From: Dehalococcoidia bacterium
Lineage (GTDB): Bacteria > Chloroflexota > Dehalococcoidia > Lucifugimonadales > UBA3495
Reading direction: 5' to 3'
NCBI GenBank assembly: GCA_022825745.1
Contig: JAJDWF010000114.1
Span: 4,515-68,514, forward strand
Length of the DNA: 64,000 nucleotides
The translations under genes and the position numbers were made by a program. The notes under the pieces are model-generated. The model worked only from the letters and a program-made list of their open reading frames with translations. It was not told the origin of the DNA and did no database searches. Within the stretch, counting starts at the first letter, position 1. Every line of letters begins with the position of its first letter. Of this stretch, positions 56,285 through 64,000 are shown one piece after another.

Positions 56285-56366
56285 CCCGACATACAAACGC
56301 CCTGTTGCGGGATAGGAAGGTTGCATGACCTCCGAGCCGGCAACGAGAGGTTCAAGGTATTGATTA

Positions 56367-56400
56367 GGCGGGGCGTACACCCGCCTTATTTCTATCTATT
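56367..56400 (+). terminator. Terminator-like hairpin inside the nusA leader
   Basis: aggcggg (56367-73) pairs with cccgcct (56381-87) across a 7-nt loop, followed by the T-rich tatttctatctatt. Confidence 0.35.
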
Positions 56401-56452
56401 GGACCGGGGTACCAGATAAAAATTCGGAGCGTTCGGCCAGCGGAGGACAAGC

Positions 56453-58240
56453 ATGAAAAGCGATTTCATGATGGCGTTAAATCAGTTATCTGCCGAACGC
56501 GGGCTACGCAAGGAACTGGTCCTGAACAAGGTGGAGGTGGCGCTGGCCACCGCGTTCCGCCGCGATAGCGTTGCCGGGGCCAAGAACCTGTCGGTGAAAC
56601 TCAACCCGAACACGGGCGACATCAGCATTTTCCCCCTGCGGACGGTGGTGGACGAAGTGGACGACCCCGAGACGCAGATCCTGCTGTCCGAGGCTTTGAG
56701 ACTCGTTCCCGACGCCCAGGTGGACACCGAGATTCCCGAGTCCGAGGAAGTGTCCTACGACACCAGCCGCATCTCAGCTCAAACGGCGCGCCAGGTGCTG
56801 ATGCAGGGGTTGCGTGAGGCGGAAAGGGAAAAGACCTTTGAGGAATACTCCGGATACCAGGGCGAGATAATCAGCGGCAGCGTCGAGAGCATTGAAAAAG
56901 GGCCGACGGTGTTCATCAACCTGAACCCCCACCAGGCCCAGAACCAGAATCGGGCGCGGGGCATCATGCGTCCCGACAACCAGGTCGGCAACGAACGGTA
57001 CCGCAAGGGCCAGAACCTCAAGGTGCTGCTGGTGGAAGTCCAGCAGACCACGCGGGGGCCCGAGGTTGTGGTCAGCCGTTCGCACCGCGACCTTTTGCGT
57101 CGCCTGATGGAGGCGGAAGTACCGGAGATCAGCAACGGCACGGTGGAAATTCGCGCCATTGCCCGGGATCCCGGGATCCGCAGCAAGGTGGCGGTGGCAT
57201 CCCACCAGGACGGCGTTGACCCGGTGGGCTCCTGCATCGGGCTGCGGGGCAACCGTATCCAGAGCATCGTCAACGAGTTGCAGGGCGAAAAGATCGACGT
57301 CATAGAGTGGGACTCGAACCCGCAGGTTATGATCTCGCGCGCCCTCAGCCCGGCGGACGTGGGCGCGGTGGAGCTGGACGCCGATGAACGCACCGCGTAC
57401 GTGGTGGTTCCCGAAACCCAGATGTCGCTGGCTATCGGCCGGGACGGGCAGAACGCCAAGCTGGCGGCTCGCCTCACCGGGTGGCGGCTGGACATCAAGA
57501 ATGTTGAGCAGTGGGAGGCCCTGCGGGCGGCCCGCGCCGCCGAAGCCGCACGCATAGCAGCCGAACAGGCTGCCGCGTTGGCCGAAGCCGAGGCGCAAGC
57601 TGAGGCCGAAGCCCTGGCTGCCGCAGCGGTTGCGGAAGAGGCCGAGGTGGAAACCCTCAGCGTCGCCGAAGCCGCCGAGGCTGCGATTGCGGAAACCGGC
57701 CTGTCCGTGGAAACGCCCGAAGCCGTCGAACTCCACGAGGAGGTGCCGGAGGTCGAGGCCACGGCTGCCCTGGAAGAAGCTCCGGCGGTGATCGAAGAAA
57801 GCGTGCCCGAAGTGGCTGAGCCGGTTGCGGAAGAAGCTGAGGCCGCCCCGGATTACGATGAGGAAGCCCTCTTCGCCGCGCTGCTGGCGGAGGAAGCGGC
57901 GGCCGCCGCTCCGGTGGAAACGCCGAGCCAGGAGGAGCCGGAGGCAGAACCGGAACCCGTCGGCCTGGGCGTTGAAGCTCTTGAAAACCTCACCCTGGAC
58001 GACGTAGTTGAAGACTATGACGAAGAAGAAGATGAACTTGAAGACGAAGAGCTTGACGAGGAAATGAGCGAACTGCTCGCGGGCCTGCCTAACCTTGCTC
58101 CCGACGCCGGGAAGATCCGGTTCGCGGAAGACATCGTCGGCGACTTCAGGGGCGGTTCCGGACGACGGCGCCGCGGCGGCGGCAACCGGCGCGGCGGCAA
58201 CGTGCCGGGCGCGCGCGGCCCGGGCCCCCGCCGACGCTAA
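56453..58240 (+). CDS. nusA: Transcription termination/antitermination factor NusA with long Ala/Glu-rich and Arg/Gly-rich C-terminal extension
   Basis: N-terminal and S1/KH core ([14 protein letters not shown].., [53 protein letters not shown]). About 245 aa of low complexity follow, ending [17 protein letters not shown]. Confidence 0.9.
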   Translation: MKSDFMMALNQLSAERGLRKELVLNKVEVALATAFRRDSVAGAKNLSVKLNPNTGDISIFPLRTVVDEVDDPETQILLSEALRLVPDAQVDTEIPESEEVSYDTSRISAQTARQVLMQGLREAEREKTFEEYSGYQGEIISGSVESIEKGPTVFINLNPHQAQNQNRARGIMRPDNQVGNERYRKGQNLKVLLVEVQQTTRGPEVVVSRSHRDLLRRLMEAEVPEISNGTVEIRAIARDPGIRSKVAVASHQDGVDPVGSCIGLRGNRIQSIVNELQGEKIDVIEWDSNPQVMISRALSPADVGAVELDADERTAYVVVPETQMSLAIGRDGQNAKLAARLTGWRLDIKNVEQWEALRAARAAEAARIAAEQAAALAEAEAQAEAEALAAAAVAEEAEVETLSVAEAAEAAIAETGLSVETPEAVELHEEVPEVEATAALEEAPAVIEESVPEVAEPVAEEAEAAPDYDEEALFAALLAEEAAAAAPVETPSQEEPEAEPEPVGLGVEALENLTLDDVVEDYDEEEDELEDEELDEEMSELLAGLPNLAPDAGKIRFAEDIVGDFRGGSGRRRRGGGNRRGGNVPGARGPGPRRR

Positions 58241-58267
58241 AGCCAGCGCGCATCCGCATCACGACTC

Positions 58268-58609
58268 TTGACTATCGCGATTCTCGACAGACGAAAGGTA
58301 ATAGCGATTCCCAAAAAGCGACACATACCCGAACGCAGTTGCATCGCCTGTGGCCGGAAAGGGCCGAAAGGCCAGTTGGTGCGGGTCGTCCGCACGCCGG
58401 ACGGCCCTGTGCTGCCCGACCCAACCGGGCGAGCCAACGGGCGCGGAGCATATTTGTGCAACCGCGTGGGGTGTTGGGAACGCGGGTTGGCGAAACGCGC
58501 CTTGGAGCGCAGCCTTCGCGCCAGAGTGACGGATTCAGACATCGAAACGCTACAGAATTACTACATTGAGACCATCGCGTCCGGCGGCGCCAGGAGGTGT
58601 TATCCATGA
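58268..58609 (+). CDS. ylxR: YlxR/DUF448 family RNA-binding protein
   Basis: ERSCIACGRKGPKGQLVRVV..GRGAYLC. TTG start is uncertain. The stop overlaps the infB ATG (ATGA). Confidence 0.7.
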   Translation: MTIAILDRRKVIAIPKKRHIPERSCIACGRKGPKGQLVRVVRTPDGPVLPDPTGRANGRGAYLCNRVGCWERGLAKRALERSLRARVTDSDIETLQNYYIETIASGGARRCYP

Positions 58610-60417
58610 CGACAACCCAGCAACGCACCGCAGGCGCCAGGCGGCCCAGGCGCGGCGAACCCCGCCGCAATACCCCTCGTGTGCTGGTGCTGCCCGAGAC
58701 CATGACCGTGAAAGAGCTGGCGGAATTGCTGGACCAATCGCCGGTGGACGTGATCAAGCAACTGATGCGACACGGCATCATGGTATCGGTGAACCAGGTA
58801 ATCGACCACCAGGTCGCCACCGTCGCCGCCGCCGCATACAGCGTCAGGACCCGCCTGGCCGAAGTTGCCGAGGACACCTCGGCAATCAACGCCGGCGCTG
58901 CGGAAGACAACGAAGACCTGCTGGAATCACGCCCCCCGGTGATCACCATACTCGGGCACGTTGACCACGGGAAGACCAGCCTGCTGGACTACATCCGGTC
59001 AACGGCGGTGGTGGAAAAAGAAGCCGGCGGGATCACTCAACACATCGGCGCCTACCAGGTCTCACAGGACGGACAGCCGATTACTTTCCTGGATACCCCC
59101 GGGCACGCCGCCTTCACGGCGATCCGGTCCCGCGGCGCGCGAGTAACCGACATTGCCGTGCTGGTCGTCGCCGCCGACGATGGAATCATGCCCCAGACGG
59201 ACGAGGCCATCGACCACGCCCGGGCGGCTGAGGTACCCATCGTCGTCGCAATCAACAAGATGGACTTGCCCTCCGCCCAGCCGGACGTCGTCAAGCGGCA
59301 GCTCAGCGAGCGCAACCTGCTGGTGGAAGAATGGGGTGGCGACATCATCGCCGTTCCAGTATCGGCCCAAACCGGCGACGGCGTTGACGATTTGATCGAG
59401 AACCTGCTGGTGCTCTCCGAAATCCTGGAACTGAGGGCGAACCCCGAGCGGGACGCTGCCGGCGTGATTATCGAAGCCACCCTTGACCGCCGCCGGGGGC
59501 CGTCCGCAACCGTGCTGGTCCAGACCGGAACCCTGCGGGTGGGCGACCACATCGTGGCCGGCGGCGCGTGGGGAAGAGTGCGGGCCATTGCCAACGAACG
59601 CGGTGAAACCATGGACGCGATCACTCCCGGTTCGCCGGGCGTGGTCACGGGCCTCAACGCAACGCCGGAAGCCGGCGATATTTTGAGGGTGGTATCCAAC
59701 GAGCGCACCGCCCGCCAGACCGCGACGCGGCACGGCCAGCGCGGCAGCACGGGCAATCTGGACACCGTCCTTACCCTCGACAACATCGTGAAGCAGATCG
59801 ACGCCGGCGATGTCAAGGAACTGGTGCTGGTCCTCAAAGCCGATGTCCAGGGCAGCGTTGAAGCGGCGGTGAATTCCATTGAGAAACTGTCCGACGGAGA
59901 CGTGAAAGCCCGCGTCATCCACGCCGGCTCCGGCCTGGTCAGCGACTCCGACGTGCAGTTAGCCTCAGCGTCGGGCGGCATCATCCTGGCGTTCAACGTG
60001 GGGTTTGAAATCGGAGCGGAGCGCACCGCTGAACGCTTGGGCGTTGAAGTGAGGAACTACCAGATCATCTACCGCCTGCTGGAAGACGTGGAACAGGCCC
60101 TCCACGGCATGCTGGAACCGGAATACGAGGAAGTGGTCGTCGGACGGGCCGAAGTGCGCGAAATCTTCGCGGGGCGTCGCGGCGTCCAGATCGCGGGTTG
60201 CCGCGTGCTGGATGGCCGGATCACCCGCCAGGGCTCGGTCAGGGTGATGCGGGAAGACGATGTCGTGTACGAAACCGAGATGTCGAGCCTGCGGCACTTC
60301 CGGGACGAAGTCAACCAGGCGACGGCCGGCACCGACTGCGGTATCGTGCTCGAATCCTTCAACGAATATGAGGAAGGCGACGTAATCCTCGCCTACCGCA
60401 TGGAGCGGGTCAACTGA
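58606..60417 (+). CDS. infB: Translation initiation factor IF-2
   Basis: RPPVITILGHVDHGKTSLLD, DTPGH, NKMD. ATG 58606 sits 8 nt after GGAGG. Confidence 0.9.
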   Translation: MTTTQQRTAGARRPRRGEPRRNTPRVLVLPETMTVKELAELLDQSPVDVIKQLMRHGIMVSVNQVIDHQVATVAAAAYSVRTRLAEVAEDTSAINAGAAEDNEDLLESRPPVITILGHVDHGKTSLLDYIRSTAVVEKEAGGITQHIGAYQVSQDGQPITFLDTPGHAAFTAIRSRGARVTDIAVLVVAADDGIMPQTDEAIDHARAAEVPIVVAINKMDLPSAQPDVVKRQLSERNLLVEEWGGDIIAVPVSAQTGDGVDDLIENLLVLSEILELRANPERDAAGVIIEATLDRRRGPSATVLVQTGTLRVGDHIVAGGAWGRVRAIANERGETMDAITPGSPGVVTGLNATPEAGDILRVVSNERTARQTATRHGQRGSTGNLDTVLTLDNIVKQIDAGDVKELVLVLKADVQGSVEAAVNSIEKLSDGDVKARVIHAGSGLVSDSDVQLASASGGIILAFNVGFEIGAERTAERLGVEVRNYQIIYRLLEDVEQALHGMLEPEYEEVVVGRAEVREIFAGRRGVQIAGCRVLDGRITRQGSVRVMREDDVVYETEMSSLRHFRDEVNQATAGTDCGIVLESFNEYEEGDVILAYRMERVN

Positions 60418-60433
60418 ACCGTTCGAGGTGAAC

Positions 60434-60829
60434 ATGGCCGACCGCCGCCGCGTTGAACGGGTGAACGGGCTGCTGCGCCAGGAAATTTCCAACCTGGTCG
60501 CCTCGCAGGTCAACGACCCGCGTCTCAACGGGATCATCACGATTACCCAGGTCAGGACCGCGCCGGACCTGCGCAATGCGCGGGTGTACATCAGCGTCAT
60601 GGGGCGCGAGTCGGTCCGCCAGGAAGCGTTGGCCGGAATCCAGTCCTCAGCCTCCTACTTGCGGCGCGAACTGCGCAACCGGGTATCGCTCCGCTACATA
60701 CCCTTCCTGCGTTTCGTGCTGGACGACGCGATGATCGAGGCTGACCGCCTGATGCGGATTATCGACGACCTGCCCGCATCGGATGCGGCCGGCGACGGTG
60801 GCAATGCTCCTTCGTCCGGTCGGGGTTGA
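60434..60829 (+). CDS. rbfA: Ribosome-binding factor A
   Basis: RRRVERVNGLLRQEISNLV..DPRL..ITITQVRTAPDLRNARVYISV. Confidence 0.85.
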   Translation: MADRRRVERVNGLLRQEISNLVASQVNDPRLNGIITITQVRTAPDLRNARVYISVMGRESVRQEALAGIQSSASYLRRELRNRVSLRYIPFLRFVLDDAMIEADRLMRIIDDLPASDAAGDGGNAPSSGRG

Positions 60830-60832
60830 GCC

Positions 60833-61822
60833 GTGGCATCCGAGCGACAGGTTGAGCCACCGGCCCACGGGTTCTTGAACCTGTACAAGCCGGCGGGAAT
60901 CACTTCCATGGCGGCCCTGCGCCGGGTGAAGCGCGCCACGGGGCAACGCAAGAAGGTAGGACACGCCGGAACCATTGACCCGCTGGCCGAAGGCGTGCTG
61001 CCGATCTGCTTCGGCCAGGCCACACGCCTGATGGAGGATGTGGTATCCGGCCGCAAGCGATACCGCATGACCATGCGCCTGGGCGCCACCAGCACGACCT
61101 ACGACGCCGAGGGCGACATTACGGAAAGCGCGCACCCCCTGGAATTGACGCGCCGCGAAATCGAGGCCGCGTTGGTCAACTTCGTGGGACGCATCGAGCA
61201 GGTGCCGCCCATGTACAGCGCGATCAAAGTGGATGGCCGCCGCCTGTACGAACTGGCGCGGGCGGGAAAAGAAGTGGCGCGGGCGCCGCGTCCGGTTCAG
61301 GTGTACGAGATCCACATTGACGAAATCAGCCTGCCTTACTTGCGCCTGACCGTTGACTGCGGCAAGGGCACCTATCTGCGCTCCATCGCCCATGACCTGG
61401 GCCAGGCCCTGGGCTGTGGAGGGTATGTCATCGAGCTTTGCCGATTGAGTTGCGGTCGGTTCAAAGCCGAACACGGGATTACGCTGGAAGGGCTGGAGGA
61501 TGCTGCCGAGGGAGGAGACTGGCGCGTTCACCTTCAGCCGGTGGACTGGGCGCTGCGAGATTATCCCGCGTTGCGAGTGACCAGCGATCAGGCGACGGCC
61601 ATCAAGCACGGGCAAGCCATCCAGCCCGGAGGCGACGCAGCGGCAGGCCCCGAAACGCCGGGGATGTGGCGCGCTTACGATCCCGACGGCGTTTTCCTGG
61701 CGCTGTTGCAATTCCAGGGTGAGACTGGCTGCTGGCAACCCCGGAGAGTGTTTCAGAGTTCCGACGTGTCTCCCTACGCTCCACCGCCGTCGAACGCGCC
61801 GCCCCGGGCAGCAGGGGCCTGA
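60833..61822 (+). CDS. truB: tRNA pseudouridine(55) synthase TruB
   Basis: GFLNLYKPAGITSMAALRRVKR..KVGHAGTIDPLAEGVLPICFG..PPMYSAIKVDGRRLYELAR. Confidence 0.9.
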   Translation: MASERQVEPPAHGFLNLYKPAGITSMAALRRVKRATGQRKKVGHAGTIDPLAEGVLPICFGQATRLMEDVVSGRKRYRMTMRLGATSTTYDAEGDITESAHPLELTRREIEAALVNFVGRIEQVPPMYSAIKVDGRRLYELARAGKEVARAPRPVQVYEIHIDEISLPYLRLTVDCGKGTYLRSIAHDLGQALGCGGYVIELCRLSCGRFKAEHGITLEGLEDAAEGGDWRVHLQPVDWALRDYPALRVTSDQATAIKHGQAIQPGGDAAAGPETPGMWRAYDPDGVFLALLQFQGETGCWQPRRVFQSSDVSPYAPPPSNAPPRAAGA

Positions 61823-62133
61823 TGATGACCGCCGCCGACGCAACCTGCCGCGGATGCGCACGGTCCCTTGACGGTTCGAGTTACACGTTCCGTCCGGCCA
61901 GGGGTTCCGACGTAATCACCAAGTGCCTGAGGTGCGCGCTGCGCCACTGGCCCATGCTGCGGCGGTCCCTCGTGGCGAGCGTAGTCGTGGGAACCGCGCT
62001 GACCGCGTTGAACCAAGGCGACGCCATCCTGTCCGGCCAACTGGTGGGCGCGCTGGCGTGGAAAATCCCGTTGACCTACTGCGTGCCCTTCGTGGTGGCG
62101 ACTTACGGCGCGCTATCCAACAGCCGCAACTAG
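61822..62133 (+). CDS. NrtS-like (putative nitrate/nitrite transporter NrtS family) small membrane protein with N-terminal Cys-pair segment
   Basis: The C-terminal 65 aa RRSLVASVVVGTALTALNQGDAIL..WKIPLTYCVPFVVATYGAL fit the NrtS pattern as I recall it. The N-terminus carries CRGC..CLRC. The ATG overlaps the truB stop (TGATG). Confidence 0.5.
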   Translation: MMTAADATCRGCARSLDGSSYTFRPARGSDVITKCLRCALRHWPMLRRSLVASVVVGTALTALNQGDAILSGQLVGALAWKIPLTYCVPFVVATYGALSNSRN

Positions 62134-62152
62134 GCGCCTAGGCCCAACGTAA

Positions 62153-62181
62153 AGGGCGCACCGTTACCTACGATGCGCCCT
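62153..62181. terminator. Hairpin between convergent nrtS-like and lexA genes
   Basis: agggcgca (62153-60) pairs with tgcgccct (62174-81) across a 13-nt loop. Confidence 0.45.
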
Positions 62182-62204
62182 GTTGACTCCAGGAGCGGGG
62201 TTGC

Positions 62205-62858
62205 TTAGAACTGGCGCAGCACTTCCACGACGCGCCCTCGCACTTCCACGTTGGCGGCGTCGGCGTATATGGGCTCCATGGTGCTGTTGGCCGGTTGCAG
62301 ACGGACGCGGCTGCCCTCGCGGTAGAACTTCTTGAGCGTGGCTTCCTCTTCCTCTTTGAGCCAGGCCACGACCATCTCGCCGTTCTGGGCCGTGTTGGTC
62401 GGCGTGATCACCACCACGTCGCCGTCGTCAATGAGGGCGTCGATCATCGACGTTCCCTTGACGGACAGGGCGAACAGGGTGCCGTGCTTCTTCTTGAGCT
62501 CCGGCCGCACCTCGACGATGTCGAATTCGGCAGCGGCGGCGGCGCCTTCGGTCGAGAAAGCGGGTATCGGCTCGCCGGCCGCGATGCTGCCCACGATCTG
62601 GACGCGGGTGGAACCGGTGTTGACCGGCAGACCGGTCTCGTCAAGAAGCTCGATGCCGCGGGCGATCTCCGAGCGGCGCTTGAGATAGCCGTAGCGTTCC
62701 AGCAGCCGGAGGTTGTAGTCCACCACGGAGGTGCTGCTGATTTCGCAGCCGCGCTGGATGTCGCGCACGGTGGGCGGCATGCCGTTTTCTTCCAGGAACT
62801 GTTCGATGTATTCGAGAATACGTTGCTGCCGCGGCCGCAGTTCGCGTTTCGTCGTCAT
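62205..62858 (-). CDS. lexA: LexA repressor
   Basis: LRPRQQRILEYIEQFLEENGMPPTVRDIQ.., an AG cleavage-site region, GTSMIDALIDDGDVVV.. and ATLKKF (Ser/Lys dyad context). Confidence 0.9.
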   Translation of the reverse strand: MTTKRELRPRQQRILEYIEQFLEENGMPPTVRDIQRGCEISSTSVVDYNLRLLERYGYLKRRSEIARGIELLDETGLPVNTGSTRVQIVGSIAAGEPIPAFSTEGAAAAAEFDIVEVRPELKKKHGTLFALSVKGTSMIDALIDDGDVVVITPTNTAQNGEMVVAWLKEEEEATLKKFYREGSRVRLQPANSTMEPIYADAANVEVRGRVVEVLRQF

Positions 62859-62907
62859 AAGTGGCTACCTCCGGGTTTGTTCAGGCGTTCCATTGTGCGG
62901 AAACTTT

Positions 62908-62920
62908 GTTCGTTGCGAAC
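62908..62920. promoter_or_regulatory. Palindrome GTTCG-ttg-CGAAC 50 nt upstream of lexA (candidate SOS box)
   Basis: Perfect 5+3+5 inverted repeat containing GTTC/GAAC half-sites. The arrangement differs from the classic GAAC-N4-GTTC. Confidence 0.35.
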
Positions 62921-63021
62921 ATAATACCCGACTTGGACCAGGGTGTCAACGAAAAACCGGCGTGTGCCAAACGCCGGTCGGTACGGGTATCGGGTGTGGC
63001 TACCCGATTTGCGCGATGCCG

Positions 63022-63276
63022 CTACTCCGTTTGTGTGCGATTGAGAGCGGCGGCCAAGCGCGCTTTGCGGCGCGAGGCGTTGTTCTTGTGCAGCACGCCT
63101 TTGCGGGCGGCAATGTCCAACTGGCGCATCGCCTTGTGCACTTCTTCCGCAGACTCGGGCGCTCCGGTGGCGATGGCGCGGCGGGCGCGGCCGATGGCGG
63201 TGCGGGTGGCGCGGCGCACGCTCAGGTTGCGCGCGTAGCGCTTTATGGATTGACGGTGGGCCTTCTGTGCGGGCAA
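63022..63276 (-). CDS. rpsT: 30S ribosomal protein S20
   Basis: AQKAHRQSIKRYARNLSVRRATRTAI..LDIAARKGVLHKNNASRRKARL. TTG start 63276 sits 8 nt after AGGAG. Confidence 0.8.
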   Translation of the reverse strand: MPAQKAHRQSIKRYARNLSVRRATRTAIGRARRAIATGAPESAEEVHKAMRQLDIAARKGVLHKNNASRRKARLAAALNRTQTE

Positions 63277-63480
63277 GGGAACGGCTCCTGCGATCTGATT
63301 TGTGGGGTAGCATGGTACCAAATGACGAACGAAATGTCATCCTTTGGTTGACAATAGCCGCCCTGTTGCGGACAATTGTAACGCCAAGCCCTGCGCGATC
63401 CGATTGCGTTCAATCGGGACATATCGTCACGTATCACCGAATCGCGCGCATCAATTTGCCGAGTCCGGAGGATTCCCGCA

Positions 63481-64000
63481 ATGCCTGAAAAGCAACTTAT
63501 TTTTGACGAAGACGCCCGACAGAGCCTGATGAGCGGCGTTGACCAACTGGGTCGCGTGGTCGCTCTTACGCTGGGCCCCAGCGGGCGAAACGTGATTCTG
63601 GGCCGCGTGTGGACCCTGCCCGTGGTTTGCAGCGACGGCGTCACCATCGCCAAAGAGGTAGAATTGCCAGACCCTTACGAAAACATGGGCGCGCAGGTTG
63701 TCAAAGAGGCCGCCGCCAAGACCAACGACGTAGTGGGCGACGGAACGACCACGTCCGTGGTGCTGGCGCGCTCCATCATCCAGGGCGGCTTCATGAACGT
63801 GGCGGCCGGCGCCAATCCCCTGGCGCTGAAATCCGGCATCGACCAGGCCGTCGGCGAGGTCAGCGCCCAGATCAGCGCCCAGGCCGTGGCCGTTGAAAGC
63901 CGCGAGCAGGTGGCCCGCGTGGCCGCGCTCTCCGCCCACGAAGAGGCCATCGCCGAACTGATCGCCGACGCGATGGATAAAGTAGGCCGGGAGGGGATCA
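63481..64000 (+). CDS. groEL: Chaperonin GroEL (Cpn60), N-terminal 173 codons; runs off the right edge; no groES upstream
   Basis: Not in the track (no stop). MPEKQLIFDEDARQSLMSGVDQLGRVVALTLGPSGRNVIL..DGVTIAKEVELPDPYENMGAQVVKEAAAKTNDVVGDGTTTSVVLA. Confidence 0.9.
   Translation, partial: MPEKQLIFDEDARQSLMSGVDQLGRVVALTLGPSGRNVILGRVWTLPVVCSDGVTIAKEVELPDPYENMGAQVVKEAAAKTNDVVGDGTTTSVVLARSIIQGGFMNVAAGANPLALKSGIDQAVGEVSAQISAQAVAVESREQVARVAALSAHEEAIAELIADAMDKVGREGI

Noticed and set aside
56300-56366. SRP (4.5S) RNA-like GGAAGG segment in the nusA leader
   Set aside because: It lacks the conserved GGAAGCAGCC/symmetric-loop motif.
1-64000. Scan for tRNA/rRNA genes, CRISPR arrays, IS elements, integrases and prophage genes
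   Set aside because: None recognised by eye in any frame. Absence is not proven without tRNAscan, Infernal or ISfinder searches.

Overview
High-GC bacterial chromosome segment, gene-dense on both strands. The many LLM/F420-type oxidoreductases, MFS transporters and amidohydrolases, plus an HspR-ClpB arrangement, suggest a Chloroflexota/SAR202-like or actinobacterial-like organism; this is a weak inference. I found no rRNA, tRNA, CRISPR array, transposase or integrase by eye. Housekeeping blocks: etfB'-pncB, rph, an M16 peptidase, J-protein-hspR-clpB, nusA-ylxR-infB-rbfA-truB, lexA, rpsT and groEL'. Accessory or metabolic blocks: a peptide-type ABC importer without ATPase genes next to two tandem ACMSD-like amidohydrolases; a narK-nasB-nasA nitrate assimilation operon bracketed by HigB/HigA' and HicAB toxin-antitoxin modules; a Zur-like Zn/Mn ABC cluster beside an MFS protein with His-rich termini; and a larB/UPF0104/UbiA-type phosphoribosyltransferase operon. 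The three most interesting loci follow. (1) A visibly AT-richer islet (about 14.4-19.2 kb) holds a Cap12/PycTIR-family TIR-like effector with an unassigned N-domain, convergent with a 960-aa PD-ExK/N6A-methyltransferase/TRD single-chain enzyme, and is preceded by about 400 bp of strongly G/T-skewed non-coding DNA with GGATT iterons. (2) A glutaredoxin-fold/DinB-like fusion has a reading frame interrupted only by a TGA at the first Cys position of the CxxC motif and followed by a hairpin, making it a candidate selenoprotein. (3) A pentapeptide-repeat protein is fused to a TIR-like C-terminal domain. All calls come from reading the translated ORFs and the DNA by eye. Start codons were chosen from SD/ATG context, and no database search or composition calculation was run.
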